In this document: in pieces, positions 15,581 through 24,704 of the stretch
How positions within the stretch are numbered: the stretch's first letter is position 1
How the letters are laid out: each line of letters starts with the position of its first letter
NCBI GenBank assembly: GCA_947459155.1
Contig: CANHCM010000001.1
Location: 1 to 46,881 of the forward strand
From: Bacteroidota bacterium
GTDB lineage: Bacteria > Bacteroidota > Bacteroidia > M30B66
Length of the DNA stretch: 46,881 bases
Direction of reading: 5' to 3'
The notes under the pieces: generated by a model
The model's database searches: none
What the model was told of the DNA's origin: nothing
The model's input: only the letters and a program-made list of their open reading frames with translations
Translations under genes and position numbers: made by a program

Positions 15581-17068
15581 TCAAAATTGAATACACACAT
15601 TCTTGGGCTCGGTGAAAAACCGCAGGGCTTCCCAGCCGCCTTCACGGCCAACTCCACTCGATTTAACACCTCCGAAAGGAGTACGTAAATCGCGGAGCAT
15701 CCAGCAGTTAATCCACACGATGCCACTTTCCAGTTCTCGAGCTACACGGTGCGCCCTGCCCAGATTGCTTGTCCACACCGAAGCCGCCAAGCCATACTGG
15801 GTGCTGTTGGCGTAATGTATCGCTTCGTCGTCGGTGTCGAAGGGAAATAGCGTAACCACCGGTCCAAAAATTTCCTCCTGATTGCTGCGGCACCAAGGAT
15901 CCAGTCCTTCGAAAACCGCGGGCGAAACAAAGTAACCTCCTTCCAGGCCTTCGGGCTGAAGTACCTCGCCGCCACAGAGCAGGTTTCCACCTTCAGCATG
16001 GGCTAATTCAATATAACTAAGCACTTTTTCCTGATGCGCCTTCGAAACCAGGGCTCCAATGGCTGTATCGGCGTGCTGCGGATCACCAACCTTAAGGCTA
16101 GCTACTCGTGCCACAAAGGCCTCACGAAAGCGCTCATAGATGGGCCTTTCGACCAATATTCTAGAGCCGCAAAGACAAATCTGACCCTGATTTGAAAAGG
16201 CAGCCCGAGCCACTTCTTTTACCGTTGTGTCGAAATCGCAATCAGCAAAAACCAGCGTTGGGTTTTTCCCACCCAGCTCGAGCGACATTTTTTTGAACTG
16301 CGGAGCCGCAATGGATGCAATGCGCGCCCCTGTTGCCGTACCACCGGTGAACGAAACCGCCTTTATTTGAGGGTGCCCGACCAAGGGCGTTCCTACAGAG
16401 GCACCCGATCCATGTAAAATATTCAGTACTCCGGGCGGGAGGCCGGCCTCGCGACACAGTCCAGAAAAGAGGTAAGCCGTAAGCGGGGTGATTTCTGAGG
16501 GCTTGCCCACAACGGTATTCCCCGCCGCCAGTGCCGGTGCAATCTTCCAGGTGAAAAGATACAGGGGCAAATTCCAGGGCGAGATGCAGGCTACCACACC
16601 CAATGGCTGACGTAGCGTGTAATTCAACACGCCGTTACCGCTGTCGTGCGCTTCCTGGCTGGTATGTAAAATGGCCGTTGCGAAAAAGCGAATGTTACTG
16701 ATGGCTCTTGGAATGTCAACAGTTCGGGCTACGTGTACGGGCTTGCCATTGTCGAATGACTCCGCCTGAGCCAATAGCTCCAGATTGGCTTCCATCACAT
16801 CGGCGAGGCGTAACATTGCCGCCGAACGTGCTTGTGCCGTAAGTGCTGCCCAGGCCGGAAAGGCACGTTGTGCGGCCTCTACAGCAAACTGAACATCGGC
16901 TGCAGTACTTTCAGGAAGAGTGCCATATTGCCGTCCGCTGGCCGGATGATACAAGTCGAGGGTTTGGGCTTTCAGGGCTGGCTGGTGCTGACCGTCGATA
17001 AAATTCTCCAGCGTTTGTGGAAGGCTGAAAGGAGGCTTAATCCAATCGGTTTGTTGAGAAGTTTGCAT
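15581..17068 (-). CDS. NAD(P)-dependent aldehyde dehydrogenase family protein
   Basis: 495 aa. ALDH motifs ELGGKNP, FSNQGQICLCGSR (catalytic Cys) and GKPSEITP. Confidence 0.85.
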   Translation of the reverse strand: MQTSQQTDWIKPPFSLPQTLENFIDGQHQPALKAQTLDLYHPASGRQYGTLPESTAADVQFAVEAAQRAFPAWAALTAQARSAAMLRLADVMEANLELLAQAESFDNGKPVHVARTVDIPRAISNIRFFATAILHTSQEAHDSGNGVLNYTLRQPLGVVACISPWNLPLYLFTWKIAPALAAGNTVVGKPSEITPLTAYLFSGLCREAGLPPGVLNILHGSGASVGTPLVGHPQIKAVSFTGGTATGARIASIAAPQFKKMSLELGGKNPTLVFADCDFDTTVKEVARAAFSNQGQICLCGSRILVERPIYERFREAFVARVASLKVGDPQHADTAIGALVSKAHQEKVLSYIELAHAEGGNLLCGGEVLQPEGLEGGYFVSPAVFEGLDPWCRSNQEEIFGPVVTLFPFDTDDEAIHYANSTQYGLAASVWTSNLGRAHRVARELESGIVWINCWMLRDLRTPFGGVKSSGVGREGGWEALRFFTEPKNVCIQF

Positions 17069-17104
17069 GATTCGGGAAGCGTAAAATTAAGCAAACCAAT
17101 GCAG

Positions 17105-18136
17105 CTATGGCTTCCAGGCTTGTTTTTTAACCCAAAGCAGCTTCACCAGCAAAAGCGGATAAGCCAACCTAAATGCTAGGTATTTCGGCAATGAAAATTC
17201 CTGATTTAACCGAACACACTCATCTTGCATCCAAATGGCTTCTAAAACCCACAAAACGAGCAAGGCCACAGGATTCCAAAACAGCAGAATAACCGGAGCC
17301 ATCATCCAGAGCAGCACAAACAGGGCCTGCAGACTTTGAGGCCAACCGTGTACATGTCCGGTTTTCGAAATCCACCGTTTTCTTTGCTGATACCACGCTT
17401 CCCAGGTTTTGGCCGTCTCTGTAAACACAACAGCGTCAGGACTATCACAATAGTCAATTCCCTCTGGCGAAGCCTCGAAAAAATCGCGGAGAAGCAGAAC
17501 GTCATCCCCCGAAGGGAGCGCCACATGAGAAGTATAGCCACCGAGGGCTTCCCACTCGGCCTTGCTGAAGCACAAATTCGCGCCTGAGCATAACATGGGC
17601 ATGTTCCAGCGAAGCGATTGCTTGGCAATGCCCCATAAAGAGGCGCTTTCGTACACAGTCATGGTCTGGAGCCAGCTGTCGTTGGCTTGCTGTTTTATGA
17701 GTACCGGTCCGATGATCATCCGTGAACCGGGTTGGAGACTCTGTCGAAGGGTTTCAACCCAACGTGGATGGTGGCTGCAGTCGGCGTCGGAGCATAAAAC
17801 CCAAGGCGTCGTAGTCGCATTTATTCCCATCGTTAGGGCTTGTTTTTTGGAGCCTGTGGCCGCCTCACGGCGGATGACTTTAGCTTTCAATTCGGGTTGA
17901 TTCTCCAGACTGAGGGCAACCGTTGAGGCATCATCGACCAAAATAATTTCGTCGTCGGGCTCCAATTCAAGCGAAGCCAATGAGCGGCATAATGGCCCAA
18001 AGTGATCGTTTTCGTTGCGCAGTGGAATAACCACTGCCATAGGTTCGCGTACCGAAGTATTGCGCTGCACAGCGGAGCGCTTTTTGGGCCAGTAAAGATA
18101 AATGGCCACCAACAAAGGTAAAACGAAGGCAAACAC
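17105..18136 (-). CDS. glycosyltransferase family 2 protein (membrane-anchored)
   Basis: 343 aa with a GTG start. VVIPLRNE...IILVDDAST...SDADC motifs (DxD-type GT-A fold). N- and C-terminal TM segments. Confidence 0.75.
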   Translation of the reverse strand: MFAFVLPLLVAIYLYWPKKRSAVQRNTSVREPMAVVIPLRNENDHFGPLCRSLASLELEPDDEIILVDDASTVALSLENQPELKAKVIRREAATGSKKQALTMGINATTTPWVLCSDADCSHHPRWVETLRQSLQPGSRMIIGPVLIKQQANDSWLQTMTVYESASLWGIAKQSLRWNMPMLCSGANLCFSKAEWEALGGYTSHVALPSGDDVLLLRDFFEASPEGIDYCDSPDAVVFTETAKTWEAWYQQRKRWISKTGHVHGWPQSLQALFVLLWMMAPVILLFWNPVALLVLWVLEAIWMQDECVRLNQEFSLPKYLAFRLAYPLLLVKLLWVKKQAWKP

Positions 18137-18175
18137 GGCGAAATGTAGCAGAATTCCTCCTTACCTTGCACGCAG

Positions 18176-18772
18176 ATGAGCAAAGAGCGCATTATTTTGG
18201 GAATCGACCCGGGCACGAACATCATGGGCTTCGGAGTTATTCGGGTAGAGGGCAAACAGATTCAACTGCTCGACATGGGTGTGCTCAAAATGAAAGGGCA
18301 AGACGAGCAAGCCATTCGCTTGAGAGAGATTTTTGAATTTACCAGTCGACTGATTGATCGGTGGAAGCCTGATGAACTGGCGGCTGAGGCTCCTTTTTTC
18401 GGAAAAAACGTGCAGTCGATGCTTAAGCTTGGGCGCGCACAAGGCGTTGCGCTGGCTGCGGCTCTGCACCGCGACATTCCGGTTGCCGAGTATGCTCCGC
18501 GTACGATCAAGCAAAGCATAACAGGACGTGGGGCTGCCAGCAAGGAGCAGGTTTCGCTCATGCTTCAGCGCATCTTAAGCCTTCGCGACGAGCAAATGCC
18601 TCAGTATATGGATGCAACAGATGGGCTCGCAGCTGCGGTTTGCCACTACTTCCAAAGCACAAAACAGAGCTTACAGTCGGCCGCGCCCCAAAAAACAGGC
18701 ACTGGAAAGGCCAAAAAAGTATCGGGATGGCAAGCCTTTGTAGCCAGCCATCCCGACAGGGTTAAGCAATAA
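18176..18772 (+). CDS. ruvC: crossover junction endodeoxyribonuclease RuvC
   Basis: 198 aa. [47 protein letters not shown]. Confidence 0.9.
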   Translation: MSKERIILGIDPGTNIMGFGVIRVEGKQIQLLDMGVLKMKGQDEQAIRLREIFEFTSRLIDRWKPDELAAEAPFFGKNVQSMLKLGRAQGVALAAALHRDIPVAEYAPRTIKQSITGRGAASKEQVSLMLQRILSLRDEQMPQYMDATDGLAAAVCHYFQSTKQSLQSAAPQKTGTGKAKKVSGWQAFVASHPDRVKQ

Positions 18773-18774
18773 GC

Positions 18775-19170
18775 CTAAAGATATTGTTGAATACGCAAGG
18801 CCACTTCGGCCAATTGGTCATCGCTGACGCGGTGTTTCTCCTTGCCGAAATTCATGTCGCCGATGGTTTGAAGCGGAATCAAATGCACGTGGGCATGCGG
18901 CACTTCTAAACCAACCACCGACAAACCCACTTTACGGCAAGGAATGGCGGCATGGATGGCCTGGGCTACCCTTTTCGAAAAAGCCATAAGCGCCTGGTAT
19001 TGTGCATCATCTAAGTCGAAAAGATAATCCACTTCCTTCTTGGGAATAACCAGTGTATGTCCTTCCACCAAAGGAAAAACATCCAGAAAAGCTAAACAGT
19101 GTTCGTTTTCAGCAACAATATGGGCGGGAATTTCCCGGGCCACAATCTTCGAAAACAAGCTATTGGCCAT
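18775..19170 (-). CDS. HIT family (histidine triad) protein
   Basis: 131 aa with the histidine triad HAHVHLIP and N-terminal FSKIVAREIPA. Confidence 0.85.
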   Translation of the reverse strand: MANSLFSKIVAREIPAHIVAENEHCLAFLDVFPLVEGHTLVIPKKEVDYLFDLDDAQYQALMAFSKRVAQAIHAAIPCRKVGLSVVGLEVPHAHVHLIPLQTIGDMNFGKEKHRVSDDQLAEVALRIQQYL

Positions 19171-19172
19171 GC

Positions 19173-19646
19173 TTAGCGTCCGATTTCTAAAATTTCAAGA
19201 TTCACTTTTCCTGATGGAACCTGAACCTCCACCTGGTCGCCCACTCTTTTGCCGAGCAATGCTTTGGCAATCGGCGAGCTGATCGAAATCTTCCCTGACT
19301 TTAGATCGGCCTCGTTTTCTGCAACAAGGGTGTAACTCATTTCTGCCTTGTTTTGCAGATTTCGGATTCTCACCTTAGTAAGAATCAAAACTTTAGAGGT
19401 ATCGAGTTTAGATTCATCGATGACTCTGGAGTTCGCCACAAGGTCTTCCAACTTGGCAATTTTCATTTCCAGAAGTCCTTGTGCTTCTTTGGCAGCATCG
19501 TATTCGGCATTTTCTGAGAGGTCGCCTTTGTCGCGGGCCTCGGCAATTTGAGCAGAAATTGAGGGGCGCTCCACGCTACGCAGGTGCTCTAGTTCTTGTT
19601 GAAGCTTCTTAAAACCCTCTTCGGTAAGATAGGTGATGTTCGACAT
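19173..19646 (-). CDS. greA: transcription elongation factor GreA
   Basis: ATG at 19646 gives MSNITYLTEEGFKKLQQELEHL. Motif DLSENAEYDAAKE. C-terminal ISISSPIAKALLGKRVGD. Stop is 2 nt from the HIT start. Confidence 0.9.
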   Translation of the reverse strand: MSNITYLTEEGFKKLQQELEHLRSVERPSISAQIAEARDKGDLSENAEYDAAKEAQGLLEMKIAKLEDLVANSRVIDESKLDTSKVLILTKVRIRNLQNKAEMSYTLVAENEADLKSGKISISSPIAKALLGKRVGDQVEVQVPSGKVNLEILEIGR

Positions 19647-19678
19647 ATGCTGAACAATTAGGAGTATTAATGACAATA

Positions 19679-19717
19679 AAACGGAAAGACTCTTCAGGCC
19701 GAAGAGTCTTTCCGTTT
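19679..19717 (-). terminator. rho-independent terminator closing the TBDR-like / 1270-aa / PorV-like operon
   Basis: Perfect 17-bp stem AAACGGAAAGACTCTTC / GAAGAGTCTTTCCGTTT with a 5-nt loop, followed on the minus strand by TTTTATTG. Confidence 0.8.
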
Positions 19718-19760
19718 ATGGCAGCTAAGGTAGATAAGCTGCTTGAAAAAACAAAATTAC

Positions 19761-20840
19761 TTAGAGATTGATTCGCGCCCCGATGGTGTGTACACCAGAG
19801 AAAGGGTTGGTAGCGCGGTAGGCGTAATCGAGGGCGAAGGTAGAAGTACCTTTCTTTGAGAAAGGAGCCTCGATGGTAAAACCTGCCGTTGGTCCGGTAA
19901 GCGCAGAAGTACGTGTAATTCCTGCACTTTCAAGGATTGGATTAGCCTGTGAGGTAATTTCCTGAGTGTAACCTCCACGCACCATGAAACGCTTGTTGAA
20001 TGCGTATTCCAAACCAAAGTTGAGTTGGTCGCGAGAGAACGAGTTAGAGTTGAAGTTTGCAGCAACGGTAAGCTGATGCTTCTCAACCCAGGTAAAGATG
20101 TAAGCTCCACCGATATTCAATGCAGAAGGCAATTCGAAAGCCTCGTTACGTTGAGAAATGGTCAGCTGGGTTCCAGTGCTGGGTACAGTTCCGCGGAACG
20201 ACAAACCATCACCGTTGAATCGCATGCGAGGACCCACATTTTTCAAAGAAATTCCGAATCGGATATTCTCTTTCTTCCCGGTGATGTATTGTACTCCGGC
20301 ATCAAAAGATACACCGGTTGCACGCACGTCGGAAATCGCCTGATTGATAGCCCGAACGGTCAATCCACCATAAATTGAATTGGAAAACTCCTTTGCGTAG
20401 GAAAGACCGATATTGGTAAAGGTGGGCGAAAAGGTACCGATGCCTCCTTCTGGTGCGTCTTCAGTAGTGATGTCGATATCACCAAAGTTCATTGACATTA
20501 CCGACAAACCGATGGTTCCGGTTTTTTCCTTGCCGACAGCCTGAGTAAGTCCAAAAGCATTGATGTTAATCCCAGAGCCTGCCAACCAGGAATTGTAGGC
20601 AAACACCAACTCAGTTTTCTTGGTGAACGCTGTACCGGCTACATTCAGAAACTGCGCCTCGAGACCTCTTACCATAGAGGTGTTGGCTCCAGCCCATCCT
20701 GAACTGCGGGCAAATGGGTTGATCAGCAACTCCGTTGCTCCTGCCTGACCGATACGGTCTTCGTTTCCGGCCTGAAGGTTTCCGGCTGATATAACTACTC
20801 CAGTGGCTACTGAGAGAAGTTGGATATAGAGATTCTTCAT
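19761..20840 (-). CDS. PorV/PorQ-family outer-membrane beta-barrel protein (divergent paralog type)
   Basis: ATG at 20840 gives signal peptide MKNLYIQLLSVATGVVISAGNLQA. N-terminal AGATELLINPFARSSGWAGAN...NVAG resembles the PorV FL.I.PD.RA.GMGDAGVA region. C-terminal FMVRGGY...DYAYR pattern. Confidence 0.55.
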   Translation of the reverse strand: MKNLYIQLLSVATGVVISAGNLQAGNEDRIGQAGATELLINPFARSSGWAGANTSMVRGLEAQFLNVAGTAFTKKTELVFAYNSWLAGSGININAFGLTQAVGKEKTGTIGLSVMSMNFGDIDITTEDAPEGGIGTFSPTFTNIGLSYAKEFSNSIYGGLTVRAINQAISDVRATGVSFDAGVQYITGKKENIRFGISLKNVGPRMRFNGDGLSFRGTVPSTGTQLTISQRNEAFELPSALNIGGAYIFTWVEKHQLTVAANFNSNSFSRDQLNFGLEYAFNKRFMVRGGYTQEITSQANPILESAGITRTSALTGPTAGFTIEAPFSKKGTSTFALDYAYRATNPFSGVHTIGARINL

Positions 20841-20871
20841 GATTTTCGTCTTTGTAGGAAACACTTTAGGA

Positions 20872-23800
20872 TTAGAACGAGTCAAGGTCAATTGGACGCA
20901 TTACACCGAACCACTTCACCACCTTCTCACCTACTCCCGGTACTTCCACATGGATGATGTAAACACCACTGGCGATGTTAATGCCCACCTGGTTTTTCAA
21001 GTCCCAATCCAACGAAGTCTTGGAATCCGACTTCTCGTAACGACGAATCAAGGTTCCGTTGGTGGTGTATATCGTGATGGTACACTTCTCCGGTATGTTG
21101 GTAATCTTCACACGGTTATCGAGCTGACCTCTTTCATACGAAGAGAACGCATAGTATGGATTCGGTACCACATTGATGATGTCGAGCGCCGCCTCGCTGA
21201 TGTTCGCATCTCCCTTGCGGGCTGCTATATCGGCTGTGTTGAAACGGTACAACGGGAAGTTGTCGTTGCTCGGGTTGGCCGAACTCTCCGACGCATTGTA
21301 ATTGGTAGCGTATGGACGGTTCACTCGAAGCTTGATGGTTACATCGCTGGCCAGGTAGGACTGATTGGCCACTCCCAACGGAATGCCTACCCAGCTGCAG
21401 TCGCCAAACACCCGACGCTTACCAGCCGAAGCGCCCGTGGCCAACTGATTCTGCATCCATGATCCTTCGTCGTAACGTGGCATCTCATTGGCCGTGTTGC
21501 CATTGTGGTTGAACACGTAAATGAAGTGCTTACCACCTAAAATGTTCTGAACATTGCCATTGTCGAAGATAATCGACCGGCTGCTCGGGTTAAAGCGCAT
21601 ATCGCGGCCATTGTCTTCCGTCAAGCGGGATGACTCTCCGAAGGCGATGTTAAGTCGCTCGCCAGTTTCGGTGTTGATCGCATAACCCGGGAACCAGCCC
21701 ATACCTGTTCCTGTTCCATCGGGCTGACCATCTTTGCCCACACTTGGAGCAATACGCATATCCAGCTTCTGGGCTCCTCCTTGTGAGAAGGCCGGATCGT
21801 CGTTGGTCTCCAGTACCACACAACGCGACCATTTGCTCTGATCTGCCGTAATCACCACATCTACACTCGCTGTTTTACCCAGCGATGCTACCGTTTGGAT
21901 TACTCCCGCTGTTGAGTAGGCAGGTCCATGATCGGCACGGCTTACCAACGAGAACGGAGCCCAGGTTCCACCAAGCACTTTTTCATATTCCTGCAATGAG
22001 TCTAAGCCAAGGTAATCGTCGCAGCTTGGATCATCTTCGCTGGTCAAAATTCCCGAACGGATCCAGTTGGCCGCATTGTCGCAACCCTCTTCATCGGAGA
22101 AGAACTGCAACCAACGCTTGGTATTGTCGCTAAAGGCTAAGGAGGCACCAATAAATCCGTTGCCGGTCTCCGGACTCACGCCCGCACGCAACACCTGACC
22201 CACCGAAACACTCAAGCCCCACTGCGCAATCACCTGTTCAACAGGGTAAGCCAACGTTGTATCGCTGTTTACTGTTTCACCATTGAAGGTCAAGCTCCAG
22301 CGACCGTTGTTGTTTACGTTATCTAAACGGAACTCAAACTCGCCATCTGGAACCGACAGCGGGTCGATAACTTTGATGTTGGCAGGAGCCGCGTTTTTCT
22401 TAAACACAGGGTTCTCCATCCAATATGGCGCTTTAAGAATCTCCTCTACCGACTCATCAGACAGGTCGGTGAACAAACCACCATTACCACGACCCTCGAT
22501 GCGGGTCATCGATGGAATCTCGCCGTACTCAGCCTGAACCAATGTTCCTCCAAAAGAAGGTGAGTTGATGTGTGGAATGGCCGAATAAGTCTGAAGGGTT
22601 GGGAAACCTTGGGTTTTACGTCCCGACAGATACGTAGAGTTAAATGAGTTATCCGTTCCAACTGAGTTGGCATACGAAAGCACCAGGAAGTAATACGTGC
22701 GGTGGTTTACCAAGCGGGCATCGCCGGTTGCAAACGCGTCGTTAAGCACCCTGAAGGTGTTGCGGATACCCTTGTTATCGCCGTTTACCTCCAATACCGG
22801 TACATTCTCTTCAATGGCCACGTCGAAATAACGGTTCACAATCTGAGCTACACCATCCTGAACGTCGCACTGTGCAATCAAACGTGCACGGTTCGGATCT
22901 TTCAGGTCGTTTGCAGTTACAGTCGCATCGCGCAACTGGAAAATCTGATAACCCTGGAAACGGTATTCTACATCACCAAAGCCTGGAATTGCAGTAGTAT
23001 CTGAGTAACGCTGAACATTTTTAGTGTCAGAGTTGATGAAGTTGAGAATAATCTCTCTATCCAACTCAACCACATCAACAAATGGAGCATCAGGTCCGTT
23101 GATGATCGCGAAGCAGTTGTCGAAAAGTGCTTGAGCATCGTCATCTACCACACGAAGGAGTTCAACAGAGGCCGCTGGACCGCCAGAAGGAGCCTGCGCC
23201 CAAACAGCACCAACAGTAATGGTGTTCACTGCACCCGGCTCAAGCGTAAACGGTCCGGCAGATTGAAGGAAACGACGGTCGAATGGAGTGTTACCTACTG
23301 AAGCTTCATCCCATGGAGTTTGGGGCAAACAGTTTGAACTCACACCATCTACAATCTGTCCAACACCAAGTGGGTCGGTGTCGCCAGGGAACATGAAGTT
23401 TGTTGCAGTACCTGCACCATAACCGTTCGCTCCATAAATCATTTGAGTACCATCTTTCCAACGCCCACGGAGGTAGTTGTAAATATCTTGAGCGTCTTCA
23501 GGGTTACCGAGAATGGTGAAATCGTTGTTGTAGTAAACGTATTTGGACATACCAATACGCTCATTGTCAATAATTCCATCACCGAAGCCCAGACCATTAA
23601 TCGCTTTAGGTTCAACGCATGGGTCAGGATTACCATCAAGGCTATCATTATCCATGAATGGGCCCGCGAAGAAGTCCAAACCAAAGGCAGGAGGGAACTC
23701 ACCGTAACCAACAGCGGTTTCATCCAAAGGGTCACCATTAAAGGTGTAACCCAAACCACGTCCCACATCACATCCTACGTAGTCATCCTGATAGTTTCCA

Positions 23801-24684
23801 ACGTCAGAGTCAACCCACTGTCCAAAATAAGTCTGTTGTACAGAGAATGTTGAACGATTAATAATCTCGTAGTTGTAGAATGTCATGTTATTCAAGGCGT
23901 TGTTGGTCGCAAAAGCGAACGCCTGTGCACGAATTTCCAGGCCGATAGGGAAACCACCGGTTTCAGAGTGGATGTTTCCTTTATCGTTAAATACCCACCA
24001 CAAAGTTTGGTCACCGAAAAGACGAGCCTGACAGCCCAGAGAACCGGAAATATCATACGCGGGGTGTTCTGGAATTCCAGCAGTATCGCGGAATGTTGGA
24101 TCATACAATCCGTCGTTGTTCAGGTCGATAAATGGTGCCAGCTGCAAAGCAAAACCTGAGGCAGCATCTCCATTGCCCGGCCATGTCTCGATGGCTTCAC
24201 TTGGCGAAGGGCTTAGACCCAATACATATTCTTCTACTTCCTGACGGGTAATCTTCCAGTGTCTATCGTAAGCGAGACATACATCAGAAGTCACACTAGC
24301 ATCAACCAGTTTTAATGGGCCTGGCCAGAAGTCATTACCGGTTTGGCGATAAGTCATCGCAGCTACCTTCAGGTTACCTCCGTTGTCTACCCCACCAATC
24401 CAAAGGGCTGAGGCGAAAGCAGAGTGTTTGTTAGAGCCTTTAGGCACCTCATAACGAGGAGCATTATTCAAGTCCCACCACATGTCGCCCGATGTAAAAA
24501 TCAGGGCGCGAACGTTGTTCAAATCCAAGTCGGTACGACCGGCACCTGGAGCGCAAGCCGCAGCACCGGAATTGGTGCCGGTTGGCGCAGCAACCTTGCC
24601 GCCGTTAAGTCCGACATTCTCTCTTGCCGACGCTTGAACTCCAAGCAGTACTGCAATAGCAGAAATATAGAGGCTAAGTTTCAT
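20872..24684 (-). CDS. large secreted protein of unknown function with a T9SS type-A-like C-terminal sorting domain
   Basis: 1270 aa with signal peptide MKLSLYISAIAVLLGVQASA. C-terminal ~90 aa VVPNPYY...CTITIYTTNGTLI...WDLKNQVGINIASGVYIIHVEV matches the Por_Secre_tail / FlgD-Ig-like pattern. No catalytic motif recognised. Confidence 0.6.
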   Translation of the reverse strand: MKLSLYISAIAVLLGVQASARENVGLNGGKVAAPTGTNSGAAACAPGAGRTDLDLNNVRALIFTSGDMWWDLNNAPRYEVPKGSNKHSAFASALWIGGVDNGGNLKVAAMTYRQTGNDFWPGPLKLVDASVTSDVCLAYDRHWKITRQEVEEYVLGLSPSPSEAIETWPGNGDAASGFALQLAPFIDLNNDGLYDPTFRDTAGIPEHPAYDISGSLGCQARLFGDQTLWWVFNDKGNIHSETGGFPIGLEIRAQAFAFATNNALNNMTFYNYEIINRSTFSVQQTYFGQWVDSDVGNYQDDYVGCDVGRGLGYTFNGDPLDETAVGYGEFPPAFGLDFFAGPFMDNDSLDGNPDPCVEPKAINGLGFGDGIIDNERIGMSKYVYYNNDFTILGNPEDAQDIYNYLRGRWKDGTQMIYGANGYGAGTATNFMFPGDTDPLGVGQIVDGVSSNCLPQTPWDEASVGNTPFDRRFLQSAGPFTLEPGAVNTITVGAVWAQAPSGGPAASVELLRVVDDDAQALFDNCFAIINGPDAPFVDVVELDREIILNFINSDTKNVQRYSDTTAIPGFGDVEYRFQGYQIFQLRDATVTANDLKDPNRARLIAQCDVQDGVAQIVNRYFDVAIEENVPVLEVNGDNKGIRNTFRVLNDAFATGDARLVNHRTYYFLVLSYANSVGTDNSFNSTYLSGRKTQGFPTLQTYSAIPHINSPSFGGTLVQAEYGEIPSMTRIEGRGNGGLFTDLSDESVEEILKAPYWMENPVFKKNAAPANIKVIDPLSVPDGEFEFRLDNVNNNGRWSLTFNGETVNSDTTLAYPVEQVIAQWGLSVSVGQVLRAGVSPETGNGFIGASLAFSDNTKRWLQFFSDEEGCDNAANWIRSGILTSEDDPSCDDYLGLDSLQEYEKVLGGTWAPFSLVSRADHGPAYSTAGVIQTVASLGKTASVDVVITADQSKWSRCVVLETNDDPAFSQGGAQKLDMRIAPSVGKDGQPDGTGTGMGWFPGYAINTETGERLNIAFGESSRLTEDNGRDMRFNPSSRSIIFDNGNVQNILGGKHFIYVFNHNGNTANEMPRYDEGSWMQNQLATGASAGKRRVFGDCSWVGIPLGVANQSYLASDVTIKLRVNRPYATNYNASESSANPSNDNFPLYRFNTADIAARKGDANISEAALDIINVVPNPYYAFSSYERGQLDNRVKITNIPEKCTITIYTTNGTLIRRYEKSDSKTSLDWDLKNQVGINIASGVYIIHVEVPGVGEKVVKWFGVMRPIDLDSF

Positions 24685-24704
24685 GGTACTCAGTTTTTTA
24701 AAAA

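Noticed and set aside
20872-24684. The 1270-aa protein as the T9SS sortase PorU (because it directly precedes a PorV-like gene and has a similar length)
   Set aside because: I could not find a gingipain/C25-like His...Cys catalytic dyad context, and the N-terminal region does not resemble PorU sequences as I recall them. It is kept as unknown function, and an HMM search should settle it.
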